A stretch of 64,000 nucleotides of DNA from an uncultured virus (IMG/VR IMGVR_UViG_3300030376_002891) (Duplodnaviria; Heunggongvirae; Uroviricota; Caudoviricetes): the IMG/VR virus record IMGVR_UViG_3300030376_002891, positions 1 to 64,000 of that record. One strand, 5' to 3'. Position numbers and translations under genes: made by a program. This document shows positions 1 through 8,585 of the stretch, piece by piece. The notes below the pieces were generated by a model. That model saw only the letters and a list, made by a program, of their open reading frames with translations. It did no database searches and was not told the DNA's origin. The number at the start of each line of letters is the position of its first letter. Position 1 is the stretch's first letter.

Positions 1-924
1 TATTATCCTGAAGAAACAGGTATGTTAGATGAAGGTCACTATGTAATATTTGATATTATTGAAAACAGAAAAACATCATTTGGTAGTAATATGAAGAGAA
101 TGATAGAAGTACCAGCTGATGATGACGCAGAAGCTAATCGGGATGCAATTGCAACAGCAGATTCAGCAGCTGCTCCGAAGTTAACGACAACTAGAAAGGC
201 AAGAGAAATGTCCTCTGGTATTGGTCAAGGTGGTTCACATACACATACAAGAATTAGTGATACGGTGTGTTTATATACACCTGCCGAAGCTGCAAAATTC
301 TCATACAAAGCAAACTATGAAAACTTAGCAACAGGTCTTGCTGGTCTTATGGCGTCTAGTATGGAAGCAGGTAAAGATATGTCTTTCAAAGAAGCAATGA
401 TTGATGGTGGTGGTGCTGTGATAGAAAGAGTATTAGGTGAGGCAGTAACCGGTATCGTAAGTGCATTGCCTGGTGTTGGTGATGTTAGAGGTGCAATAGA
501 TAAGTCAATGGGTAGAGCATTAAATCCATTTAACGAACAAGTTTTTAGAAGTGTACCATTTAGAGAATTCCAGTTTCCATTTACATTTGCACCAAAGAAT
601 AGAAAAGAAATGTTAAATGTAGAAAAGATTATCAAGTTATTTAAATTTCATATGTTACCTGAATTTAGTAATAAAACTAAATCAGCATTTTTGTCTCCAT
701 CTGAATTTCAAATAACTTATATGTATCGTGGTAAGACAAACGATTATATACCACAGATTTCTCGTTGTGTTATGACAGGTATGGATGTTGACTATGCAAC
801 AGAAGGAACATTCCATACATTTAGAGAAGACGATAGAGGAGCTGCACCTATAACAACAACAATGAATTGTACATTTGCAGAAACAGAAATTATGACTAAA
901 GAGACAATCGCTAAAGGATATTAA
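1..924 (+). CDS. gp48: Baseplate tail-tube cap/initiator, T4 gp48-like (5'-truncated by window)
   Basis: Frame open from base 1; NPFNEQVFRSVPFREFQFPFTFAPKN and C-terminal F.ETEIMTKE motifs of the gp48/gp54 family; precedes gp53. Confidence 0.8.
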   Translation, partial: YYPEETGMLDEGHYVIFDIIENRKTSFGSNMKRMIEVPADDDAEANRDAIATADSAAAPKLTTTRKAREMSSGIGQGGSHTHTRISDTVCLYTPAEAAKFSYKANYENLATGLAGLMASSMEAGKDMSFKEAMIDGGGAVIERVLGEAVTGIVSALPGVGDVRGAIDKSMGRALNPFNEQVFRSVPFREFQFPFTFAPKNRKEMLNVEKIIKLFKFHMLPEFSNKTKSAFLSPSEFQITYMYRGKTNDYIPQISRCVMTGMDVDYATEGTFHTFREDDRGAAPITTTMNCTFAETEIMTKETIAKGY

Positions 925-927
925 TAA

Positions 928-1437
928 ATGTATTTTTCAAGTTTCCCACTTATACTATATGATATGAAAGGTGACCAGAAAGCAAAACTGGCAACTAACA
1001 TAATCAAACGAGTAAAGGTAAGAGAAAAAGTATTAGACGCAGCTATGCTGTATCAGAAGTACTTTGTACAACCTGGCGAAAGACCAGAAGATGTAGCATT
1101 TAATCACTTCGGTAAATCAGAATATCACTGGATTATATTGTTGACAAATAATATAACAGACGCATACTATGGTTGGCCTATGTCATATGCAGAATTTGAA
1201 ACATTTTTAAAAGACAAGTATACAAATCCAGAAGGTATACATCATTACGAAAAGAAACAAACTAGTGGTGATACAGAAGTCCATATAGAATGTATGGAAT
1301 CAGACGCAGGTTCTGTATCTGTATCTAATAGAGAATACGAACAAAGAAAACAAAACGATATAAGCGAAATCAAATTGTTAGACCAAGGATATCTATCAAC
1401 ATTTTTAGATGAGTTTGACAAATTAATAGGTGAATAA
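928..1437 (+). CDS. gp53: Baseplate wedge protein gp53
   Basis: MYFSSFP start, LysM-like GERPEDVAFNHFG..YHWIILLTNNI..GWP, SNREYE motif; synteny. Confidence 0.88.
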   Translation: MYFSSFPLILYDMKGDQKAKLATNIIKRVKVREKVLDAAMLYQKYFVQPGERPEDVAFNHFGKSEYHWIILLTNNITDAYYGWPMSYAEFETFLKDKYTNPEGIHHYEKKQTSGDTEVHIECMESDAGSVSVSNREYEQRKQNDISEIKLLDQGYLSTFLDEFDKLIGE

Positions 1438-1439
1438 TA

Positions 1440-2897
1440 ATGTATAGCAAACTTAAAACCGATGACCTGAAAAAGGCAGGTGACTATACGCTATCTGAAA
1501 TAGTGGTACATAGTAGAGAGTCCTTTGACGGTTCAAGTAAAGCAAAGAAAACAGATATAACAAGTCTTGTTGCTGAAATCAATATTTACGAAGATATAAA
1601 CGAGAAGAACTTAACAGGTCAGTTAGTTATATCAGATAGTACAGGTTTGCCTAACAATATGCCATTGACTGGCAATGAACTATTATCATTTAAACTAGGT
1701 ACACCAGGTTCTAGTAGATATTATGATTTTGAAAAGTATCCTATGGTCATCTACAAGATAGGTGAGAAACAACCACATAATCCTAGGTCACAATTCTATA
1801 TTCTATACTTCTGTAGTAAAGAACAAATTACCAATCAAACTCTAAAAGTACAAAGACCATTTAGTGGTGCTGTATCTGATATGATTTCTAGTGTAGCATT
1901 ATCTGAATTAGGTACTAGTAAAGACATTTACATTGAAGGAACAAAAGGTAGTCGTAAGTTAGTCGTTCCTAGATTTAGACCATTTAAGGCAATTGATTTC
2001 TTATGCAGTATGGCAGAATCAAGTCAGTTTAATTCAACAGGATTTAAATGGTACGAGACAGCAGATGGATTTCATTGCCGTTCATATGAGAATATGATGG
2101 CAGTAGGATTAGATAGTACAAGACCTAACAATGGTTATTTTAAACCAACTATGGCAGGTACTACAAGAGATAAAGGTAACCGTGATGTTACCCAAGAAAT
2201 GCAGACAATGTTTAGTTATGAAGTTATAGACCAGTTTAATCTTATGAAAATGTTAGGTATGGGTGGTGTTGCAAGTCGTGTATTAAAGACAGATTTATTT
2301 AACAAGACATTTAGTAATGCAGATTTTAATTACGAAAAGAACTATGATACACAACATCATACAGAGCACGATGGTATGGGTATGAGACAAGGTGATAAGA
2401 AATTACTACCTAATTATCCATTTAGAAACAATCTAGCATTGACAGATTACGCAGATGGTACTTTCTTTCATAGTAGTGAGACAGAAAATCAATATGATGG
2501 TTATAATTCCGTATCGCCAGAAAACTCAATGCTGAATAGAATAGCACAAGAGGTAGCATTAGAATGCTTTAAAGTAAAATTTGATGTGCCTGGATACACA
2601 GGATTATCAGTTGGTGAAATGGTTGGATTAGAACTGCCTAGATACGAAAGTATTAGTGTTGGTGATATAGACCAAGACCACATAATGTCAGGTAGATGGT
2701 TAGTATCAAGTATAATACATAAAGTTATACCAGCAAAGAGTTACCACTCAATGACCGTTGAATGTCTGAAAGATAGTGTTAAATCGCCATACTATAATGA
2801 AACAATTAAAGTAGAAGAAGGAAAAGAAGATAAAGGTAAAGTCTATGAGCAAGAGAAGATAGATGAAGGTATCTTTGGAATCTTTGATGAATATTAA
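1440..2897 (+). CDS. Putative baseplate hub/tail protein (gp27-like position)
   Basis: 485 aa between gp53 and gp5; INIYEDI..LTG.L.ISD near the N-terminus and SGRWLVSSIIH near the C-terminus, typical of myophage hub proteins. Confidence 0.6.
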   Translation: MYSKLKTDDLKKAGDYTLSEIVVHSRESFDGSSKAKKTDITSLVAEINIYEDINEKNLTGQLVISDSTGLPNNMPLTGNELLSFKLGTPGSSRYYDFEKYPMVIYKIGEKQPHNPRSQFYILYFCSKEQITNQTLKVQRPFSGAVSDMISSVALSELGTSKDIYIEGTKGSRKLVVPRFRPFKAIDFLCSMAESSQFNSTGFKWYETADGFHCRSYENMMAVGLDSTRPNNGYFKPTMAGTTRDKGNRDVTQEMQTMFSYEVIDQFNLMKMLGMGGVASRVLKTDLFNKTFSNADFNYEKNYDTQHHTEHDGMGMRQGDKKLLPNYPFRNNLALTDYADGTFFHSSETENQYDGYNSVSPENSMLNRIAQEVALECFKVKFDVPGYTGLSVGEMVGLELPRYESISVGDIDQDHIMSGRWLVSSIIHKVIPAKSYHSMTVECLKDSVKSPYYNETIKVEEGKEDKGKVYEQEKIDEGIFGIFDEY

Positions 2898-3051
2898 GAG
2901 AATATTCGTAGTTTATTCATATGACAACAACTAGAGAGAACCATAGAGAATCGCCCTCCGAGACGCCCCTCCAGAGGTCTAAAGGGCATAGATTAGGGTC
3001 TCTCAGCACACACTCCACTCTATCTGCTGACATACAAACCAGAATAAATGA

Positions 3052-3066
3052 GAACAAAATGAGAAC
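3052..3066 (+). promoter_or_regulatory. Alphaproteobacterial LexA-like box GAAC-N7-GAAC
   Basis: GAACAAAATGAGAAC just upstream of ATG 3076. Confidence 0.4.
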
Positions 3067-3075
3067 AAAAACACA

Positions 3076-3339
3076 ATGATTAGAACAATGAAAGAATTAA
3101 ACAACCCTTTACGCAACACATTTAGAACCATACGCAAGACCTATGAGGATGCTCTGTATAAAGTAATCTTACAGAAGTTTTTTAAAGGTACATACGCAAT
3201 AGACGAACTCAATCATAAAGTCGGCGTACTTTCAGCAATCGCTATACGCACGGCAGTATTACGAATAATGCTCAAAGATATGACACTAGCGTGTCAGTTG
3301 CGTAGGTTTAGAATAAATAGTAAAAATAATAGTATCTGA
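3076..3339 (+). CDS. Hypothetical protein (doubtful; overlaps TACGCA repeat array)
   Basis: 87-aa ORF with atypical codon usage and no recognisable motif. Confidence 0.35.
   Translation: MIRTMKELNNPLRNTFRTIRKTYEDALYKVILQKFFKGTYAIDELNHKVGVLSAIAIRTAVLRIMLKDMTLACQLRRFRINSKNNSI
3110..3304. repeat. Dispersed TACGCA hexamer array (5 copies)
   Basis: TACGCA at 3110, 3131, 3193, 3245 and inverted (TGCGTA) at 3299. Confidence 0.6.
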
Positions 3340-3373
3340 TGTTATCTAAAAGGTACAAGTATCGGAAGAAAAT

Positions 3374-4423
3374 ATGGCCAAGTTTATACATTTTACAGGA
3401 ATAGTTGAAGACAGACAGGATCCTCACAAGGTAGGCCGAGTGCGTGTAAGGTGCTTGGGTTACCATTCAGACGACATTACCGTTTTACCTACAGCGGACT
3501 TGCCGTGGGCGCAATGTGCATTACCTACGACTGCCGGTGGTATAAGTGGCCTGGGTCAGTCGCCAACCTTTTTGGTAAATGGTACTTGGGTATATGGTTT
3601 CTTTAGAGATGGAGAGCAGGCGCAACAACCAGTTGTTCTTGGAGTACTCCCAGGTAAACCTACTGAATACTCTAGTCGTTATTATTCAAAGGCCTACTAT
3701 GATGGTTCAAATATCTATCCTAAATACATTAATGAGACAGACACTAACAGACTGGCCGCTGGAGACAATTCTCTAGTAAATGAAATAAGAACAGCGACAC
3801 GAATAACAGATGTTGCTACAGCAGACTTTGATAGTACATCGGCCGCAGATGGCAGTACTATATTAGGTTCTGATACAACAAAGTGGTCACAGCCTGCTAT
3901 ATCATACGCTGCTGTGTATCCATATAATAAGGTAACGGAAACGGAAAGTGGCCATATACAAGAGTTTGACGATACGCCGGCCGCTGAGCGTATTCATATA
4001 AGGCACAAGATAGGCACATCATTAGAATGGACACCAACTGGCGACCAAGTGAATATAATAAAAGGCCATAATTACAAGATGGCCGTTGGTTCAGATAAGA
4101 CTTATATAGAAGGCGATAGTGATATTAGTATAGACGGACGCCATAAGATATACATTAACAAGTCTGCTACATTAAACAATCACTATGATATACAAGTAGG
4201 TGCTAATGCAAACCTTAATATACAAGTAGATACTGGCGATGTCAATGTAGTCACCAGAGTAGGTAAAGTCAATGTCAATAGTGGTGGTGATTATAATTTA
4301 AAGGTAGGTGGTAATTACACATTAACCGTAGATGGCAGTCATAGTGAAACAATCGCAGGCACACGAACAGAAACGGTAACAGGCGATAACACCAAAACAG
4401 GTAAGACAATCAATCTCAACTAG
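3374..4423 (+). CDS. gp5: Baseplate hub/central spike gp5 (OB-fold plus beta-helix, no lysozyme domain)
   Basis: GIVEDRQDP..GRVRVRCLGYH..LPWA OB-fold, YPYNKVTETESGHIQEFDDTP, C-terminal VxG repeats ending INLN. Confidence 0.9.
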   Translation: MAKFIHFTGIVEDRQDPHKVGRVRVRCLGYHSDDITVLPTADLPWAQCALPTTAGGISGLGQSPTFLVNGTWVYGFFRDGEQAQQPVVLGVLPGKPTEYSSRYYSKAYYDGSNIYPKYINETDTNRLAAGDNSLVNEIRTATRITDVATADFDSTSAADGSTILGSDTTKWSQPAISYAAVYPYNKVTETESGHIQEFDDTPAAERIHIRHKIGTSLEWTPTGDQVNIIKGHNYKMAVGSDKTYIEGDSDISIDGRHKIYINKSATLNNHYDIQVGANANLNIQVDTGDVNVVTRVGKVNVNSGGDYNLKVGGNYTLTVDGSHSETIAGTRTETVTGDNTKTGKTINLN

Positions 4424-4560
4424 GGCCGGTTTGTTATCTAAAATCCTGATAGCAATTAGGGCAATTATAACTAGGACCTGCTGGGTAATCTATAAATGCA
4501 ATAGACTATACTAAATATAAATTATGAAGAAACTCTTTAAAATAGCAGGTCTATACTTCT

Positions 4561-4743
4561 TTACATTTCAACTAATAAAGGGTCTTCTGTGGATCCTATT
4601 GATATATCTCGGCTTTGAGTTTGGGAATTTTTTTCCGAGCTAATTTTCTCTACAAGCTTCGTTAACTTATCTATCTTATTGTGAAGCTCATCTACTTCTT
4701 TTGTTATATCATTGTAAATATCATCATTATTATAAAATGTCAT
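4561..4743 (-). CDS. Hypothetical small coiled-coil protein
   Basis: 60-aa ORF with AGGA RBS, downstream of 4757-5008 on the same strand. Confidence 0.55.
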   Translation of the reverse strand: MTFYNNDDIYNDITKEVDELHNKIDKLTKLVEKISSEKNSQTQSRDISIGSTEDPLLVEM

Positions 4744-4756
4744 TATTCAGTCCTTT

Positions 4757-5008
4757 CTAAAAAAAATATTCAACATCGCCCCAACTATCAGACTTTACTT
4801 GTATAATAGTCATAGGGTCATTTACTTCATTATTATTCAGACACTTCTCAGCGTCTTCTTTTGTATCAACTATCAAAGGCATTTCAGCATTTGCGTCATT
4901 AGGGTCAACAAACTTCGTACCTGTAGCGTCAAGTAATAGTTCAGTATTATCTTTTTTCAAAGCATAACCTTCTTGTTCATAGACCATTGTTGGTATTGGA
5001 TGACTCAT
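4757..5008 (-). CDS. Hypothetical early protein
   Basis: ATG at 5008 with AAGGAG RBS, below a sigma70-type promoter. Confidence 0.65.
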   Translation of the reverse strand: MSHPIPTMVYEQEGYALKKDNTELLLDATGTKFVDPNDANAEMPLIVDTKEDAEKCLNNNEVNDPMTIIQVKSDSWGDVEYFF

Positions 5009-5037
5009 AATATACTCCTTTTCTTTATCATACTTAC

Positions 5038-5066
5038 ATACTATCAAACTCTACACTCCTTGTCAA
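5038..5066 (-). promoter_or_regulatory. Sigma70-type (early) promoter
   Basis: TTGACA-17 bp-TAGTAT with TG extension on the minus strand. Confidence 0.7.
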
Positions 5067-5075
5067 GCACTTTTT

Positions 5076-5083
5076 TATAAATA
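5076..5083 (+). promoter_or_regulatory. T4-type late promoter
   Basis: TATAAATA, intergenic. Confidence 0.6.
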
Positions 5084-5118
5084 TTTTCAGTAATATTAAC
5101 ACTCAACTGGAGCGAGTA

Positions 5119-5181
5119 ATGGTTGAAATACTTACTATATTAGCGTTAGCAGTAAATCTGTTAACAAGTCTTTTACGCTAG
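5119..5181 (+). CDS. Putative 20-aa hydrophobic peptide MVEILTILALAVNLLTSLLR
   Basis: GGAG RBS and ATG downstream of late promoter 5076. Confidence 0.4.
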   Translation: MVEILTILALAVNLLTSLLR

Positions 5182-5253
5182 AATTTGTGAATCTTATACA
5201 TAAGTGTGTTAAGACTTCCAGAGAATAGCTAAGCTAAGGAACAGGACACACAA

Positions 5254-5508
5254 ATGACTTTCAAGGAACGACTACAGCGCATACGAGGCAAGGCGCAAAA
5301 ATCTATCACTACTGACAATCTCGTTGACATTTCTGTTGACATATTGATATTGGTCTTTGATGTATTAAGTTCGCCTATCTTAATTGTAATGAGAGTTGTA
5401 AGGTTCTTAATTAGAAAGTATGTTATTAAATATATAAAGGCCTTTCTTAAATGGTTTATCCATAAAGTGTTAAAGATAGATAATACGCCTTTAGATTGGA
5501 AAGATTAA
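5254..5508 (+). CDS. Hypothetical membrane protein
   Basis: 84 aa, central hydrophobic stretch, AGGA RBS. Confidence 0.6.
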   Translation: MTFKERLQRIRGKAQKSITTDNLVDISVDILILVFDVLSSPILIVMRVVRFLIRKYVIKYIKAFLKWFIHKVLKIDNTPLDWKD

Positions 5509-5509
5509 A

Positions 5510-5809
5510 ATGATTAATGGATTGTGGTTAGTTGATAGAATTGAATATTGGATAGGGAGAGGGCGACTCTTGTTCTCTATGTGTTTGCGATTGTTAACTT
5601 GGGCCGGACTAACGGTAATGGTTGCGTATGGTTTAGCGTTTCTTTATGTTGCGATTATAGGTACGATTACTGAAAGAAGCGAATTTAATGAGATAGTTGG
5701 TTCTTCTATGTTAGATGAATTTTATTACTTTATTCTACCAGCGTTATTAATAACTAGTCGTAAATATATAAATAGTTTTATTCGTTCAACCATTTTTGGT
5801 CGGAAGTAA
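5510..5809 (+). CDS. Hypothetical membrane protein
   Basis: 99 aa with two hydrophobic segments; 3' end overlaps a late promoter and the riboswitch. Confidence 0.45.
   Translation: MINGLWLVDRIEYWIGRGRLLFSMCLRLLTWAGLTVMVAYGLAFLYVAIIGTITERSEFNEIVGSSMLDEFYYFILPALLITSRKYINSFIRSTIFGRK
5767..5774 (+). promoter_or_regulatory. T4-type late promoter driving the riboswitch leader
   Basis: TATAAATA ending 6 nt before the riboswitch region at 5781. Confidence 0.7.
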
Positions 5810-5833
5810 GGCACTCGCCTGAAGGAACGCACC
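5781..5833 (+). ncRNA. Glutamine riboswitch (glnA RNA motif)
   Basis: P1 CGTTC(5783-87)/GAACG(5825-29); P2 ACCA/TGGT; conserved CGGAAGTA; P3 AGGC/GCCT; GAAGGAACGC 3' strand; matches the glnA three-way-junction consensus as I know it. Confidence 0.85.
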
Positions 5834-5857
5834 TAACTTGAAACATAGGAGGGTGTT

Positions 5858-6052
5858 ATGAATAGACATACTTATTTACTCTCCACTTATAGAAAGAAGA
5901 AACAAATAGAGCGTAAAGAAAAGGCTCTTGCGTCTTCTCGTACAGAAGTGGATATAAATGGTAATGGTACTTCTGGTTATACCTTAAAAGAAGGTAAAAA
6001 CAAAAACAAAGTACTTGGCCATAGAGTAGTCAAATCAACCGATAATTGGTAA
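5858..6052 (+). CDS. Small basic protein under glutamine-riboswitch control
   Basis: 64 aa, K/R-rich, strong AGGAGG RBS directly after the riboswitch. Confidence 0.75.
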   Translation: MNRHTYLLSTYRKKKQIERKEKALASSRTEVDINGNGTSGYTLKEGKNKNKVLGHRVVKSTDNW

Positions 6053-6055
6053 TAT

Positions 6056-6081
6056 TTTGGGGGAGTTAAATCTCCCCTAAA
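6056..6081 (+). terminator. Possible terminator hairpin
   Basis: GGGGAG-ttaaat-CTCCCC stem after the stop at 6052; U-tract weak. Confidence 0.35.
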
Positions 6082-6088
6082 TAGTTTT

Positions 6089-6415
6089 ATGAGTAATTTA
6101 ATAAACTTAACAGATAACGCAGTATCACATCTACAAACTTTAGCAAAAGAACATAACAAAAAATATGTTCGTTTAGAAGTTAAAGGTGGTGGTTGTGCTG
6201 GGTTTAAATACGACTGGAAGTTTGAAGATGAAGCAGATACTAATGATGAGGTTATTCTACACGATAACTTTACATTGTTGGTTGATAAGTCTAGCATATT
6301 AATGTTAGCAGGTATGACTATAGAATATCGTAAGGAGATATTTGGGTCATTTTTAGAATTAAAGAATCCCAACGCAACAAGTAGTTGTGGTTGTGGAGAA
6401 AGTTTTGGAGTATAA
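6089..6415 (+). CDS. iscA: A-type Fe-S cluster carrier (IscA/SufA/ErpA, HesB family)
   Basis: GGGCAGFKY and C-terminal NPNATSSCGCGESF signature. Confidence 0.95.
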   Translation: MSNLINLTDNAVSHLQTLAKEHNKKYVRLEVKGGGCAGFKYDWKFEDEADTNDEVILHDNFTLLVDKSSILMLAGMTIEYRKEIFGSFLELKNPNATSSCGCGESFGV

Positions 6416-6416
6416 A

Positions 6417-6674
6417 ATGAATTATGATAGAATAAAACAAGAAGAAGCGTTATATTCAGAATCTTGTGGGTCTTGTATACCTATAGAAAAAGACCACAAA
6501 TATCAAAGTGAGTTGTTAAAGAAACAATTACAAATGATATTAGATGATGAAAGAGGCGACAACGATTTAGATAAAAAGATAAAGATATTAGAAACACAAA
6601 ATAAGATATTACAAGCGGAAAAGAAGTTTCTTGCCGACACATTAAAAGAACACGGCATATTGACAATGAAGTAA
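6417..6674 (+). CDS. Hypothetical coiled-coil protein with CxxC
   Basis: ATG at 6417 right after the iscA stop; SCGSC followed by heptad-like region. Confidence 0.6.
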   Translation: MNYDRIKQEEALYSESCGSCIPIEKDHKYQSELLKKQLQMILDDERGDNDLDKKIKILETQNKILQAEKKFLADTLKEHGILTMK

Positions 6675-6688
6675 TTATGTTGTATAGT
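6660..6688 (+). promoter_or_regulatory. Sigma70-type promoter
   Basis: TTGACA-17 bp-TATAGT upstream of 6709. Confidence 0.65.
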
Positions 6689-6708
6689 AATTATTGGAGT
6701 GAATTAAA

Positions 6709-7494
6709 ATGACAAAATTTAGAGAACAAACCGTAATACCTCAAATAGTACATCCGAAGATAAACGGAGAAGTATTATATCCTTTTGGACCACCTGTCTA
6801 TCGTACAGAATTAGATACAAAGATTGTTGATATGCTGATAGCAGAAGGTCAACGAACAAGAGAACAAAAAGATTTAGACCATAGATTAAAACTAGCAGGT
6901 AATATGAAGTCTGGTACTTCTGTTCTATTTCCTGCAGGTCCTGATAAAGATGTTAGAAACAGAGCAGACCAAGCAATCGTTCAAAAAGTATTTGAGTTCT
7001 TTGAAATACTACAATCACAATATGGTAAAGATTGGCCTAATATAGAAAAGATGATGTTAGGTAATAGTGGTGGTATGGGTGCATTAAGATTACAACAATT
7101 ATGGATTAACTTTCAACAAGCAGGTGATTATAATCCTTTACACGACCACGGTGGTCTTTTTAGTTTTGTTATATTTGGTGATATAGATGAAAAGATATTT
7201 ACAGAAGATGTACCACCTACAAATACTAATATAGCAGGTAAACTAATATTTCATTATGGTGAACAGATTACAAAACTACAATCAAATAGTTTTTCAGTAG
7301 AACCATATAAAGGTTTAATGTATGTTTTTCCTGCGGCTTTACAACATACGGTACCACCTTATTTTAAAGAGTTTGAAAGAATTAGTATAAGTGGTAACTA
7401 TGTACTAGAACAAAATCAACCACAATCAAAACTTAATCCTGTTAAGTTAGATTTAGAAGATGATAAAGTAGCACAAATGATGATGAAGCAATGA
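6709..7494 (+). CDS. Putative 2OG-Fe(II) oxygenase
   Basis: WINFQQAGDYNPLHDH, FPAALQHTVPP and RISISGN motifs of phage 2OG-Fe(II) oxygenases. Confidence 0.85.
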   Translation: MTKFREQTVIPQIVHPKINGEVLYPFGPPVYRTELDTKIVDMLIAEGQRTREQKDLDHRLKLAGNMKSGTSVLFPAGPDKDVRNRADQAIVQKVFEFFEILQSQYGKDWPNIEKMMLGNSGGMGALRLQQLWINFQQAGDYNPLHDHGGLFSFVIFGDIDEKIFTEDVPPTNTNIAGKLIFHYGEQITKLQSNSFSVEPYKGLMYVFPAALQHTVPPYFKEFERISISGNYVLEQNQPQSKLNPVKLDLEDDKVAQMMMKQ

Positions 7495-7805
7495 TTACAT
7501 TAATTTTTATATTAGGTTATTTGACAATGGTCTTAAATGAAGGCTTTGTTATATTGCGTCATCTATCTAAAAAGATGGCAAAGAAAAGAGAAAAACTAAT
7601 TAAGAAATACGGCAAGAAGTGGCAGATATTTCATAGTGCAATGGATATAGTATGGGTATCGTTTGTTTCAATAGGTATTATATTTTCAGAATACAGATGG
7701 TTCTTTCTAGGATTAGTATTAGGTTTCTGGATTATAGTATTCGTTGTAGTATACTTACCTAAATTATTAAAGATGAGAGCGAAGTTTAGACCAGACGAGG
7801 AATAA
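7491..7805 (+). CDS. Hypothetical membrane protein
   Basis: Three hydrophobic segments; ATGA coupling to upstream gene. Confidence 0.6.
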   Translation: MITLIFILGYLTMVLNEGFVILRHLSKKMAKKREKLIKKYGKKWQIFHSAMDIVWVSFVSIGIIFSEYRWFFLGLVLGFWIIVFVVVYLPKLLKMRAKFRPDEE

Positions 7806-7993
7806 TGATAAAAGAATATTTAAAAATTATAGGTCTTGGTATACTTGCAATACTATTTCATTGGAAGACAATTGCATTTTATGGATTTATGGCGTTTGCT
7901 TTTGTACTAATGATGTTAGAACAAGGTTTCGTTGCGGCTCTTATTGTAATACCTATTCTATACTTCTTACGACTTATAGGTAAGTTTCTATGA
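7805..7993 (+). CDS. Hypothetical membrane protein
   Basis: 62 aa, highly hydrophobic, translationally coupled. Confidence 0.55.
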   Translation: MIKEYLKIIGLGILAILFHWKTIAFYGFMAFAFVLMMLEQGFVAALIVIPILYFLRLIGKFL

Positions 7994-8292
7994 CACCAGA
8001 AGAATTACAAGAAACAATTGAAAAGATTAAATTCATACTAGACGATAAAGTTGCACCTAGTGTAGCTGCACACAATGGTAAGATTAACTTTCTTTCTTTT
8101 TCACAAGAAGGAGTGTTAACATTACAAATGGCAGGAAGTTGTGCTGGGTGTGCTATGTCTCAACTTACTTTAAAACAAGGTGTTGAAAGTATGATGAAAC
8201 ATTATTGTCCAGAAGTCAAGCAAATCATTTCAGAAGATGATACACAAGCTGCTGAACAAGGTTACACACCTTACGCACCTACCTTAAAATAG
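7990..8292 (+). CDS. nfuA: NifU-C/NfuA-like Fe-S scaffold/carrier
   Basis: VAPSVAAHNGKI..LQMAGSCAGCAMSQLTLKQGVE (Nfu CxxC). Confidence 0.92.
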   Translation: MTPEELQETIEKIKFILDDKVAPSVAAHNGKINFLSFSQEGVLTLQMAGSCAGCAMSQLTLKQGVESMMKHYCPEVKQIISEDDTQAAEQGYTPYAPTLK

Positions 8293-8373
8293 TCCAGGTA
8301 TACAGACTAAAGTTTCTGACACGATACAGCCAGCAAAACTGACTAAACCATAAATCATCAAAAAAGTAATCAT
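8284..8373 (-). CDS. Putative 29-aa hydrophobic peptide
   Basis: MITFLMIYGLVSFAGCIVSETLVCIPGLF; ATGA overlap with upstream minus-strand ORF. Confidence 0.35.
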   Translation of the reverse strand: MITFLMIYGLVSFAGCIVSETLVCIPGLF

Positions 8374-8561
8374 TTATTGTACCTTTCATAATGGCTCTTA
8401 TCTACGCAATAAAAGGCTTTGTGTTGTGGATATTCTTTTTTAGCGAGGCGATGAGCAGATTGACAATTGGGAAAGTCCCCTAGCATCCGCATATCTTTTG
8501 ATTCAAAATCAAAATAACCGTAGCCTGATAACCAGACTACGGCAACAAAGGATTGTAATAT
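8370..8561 (-). CDS. Putative 63-aa protein with non-canonical ATA start
   Basis: GGAG RBS 7 nt before ATA; frame open to TGA, which overlaps the next ATG. Confidence 0.4.
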   Translation of the reverse strand: MLQSFVAVVWLSGYGYFDFESKDMRMLGDFPNCQSAHRLAKKEYPQHKAFYCVDKSHYERYNK

Positions 8562-8585
8562 GAATATTCTCCGTTAAGATTATTA

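Noticed and set aside
5977..6372. 131-aa minus-strand ORF
   Set aside because: Antisense to a clear iscA gene
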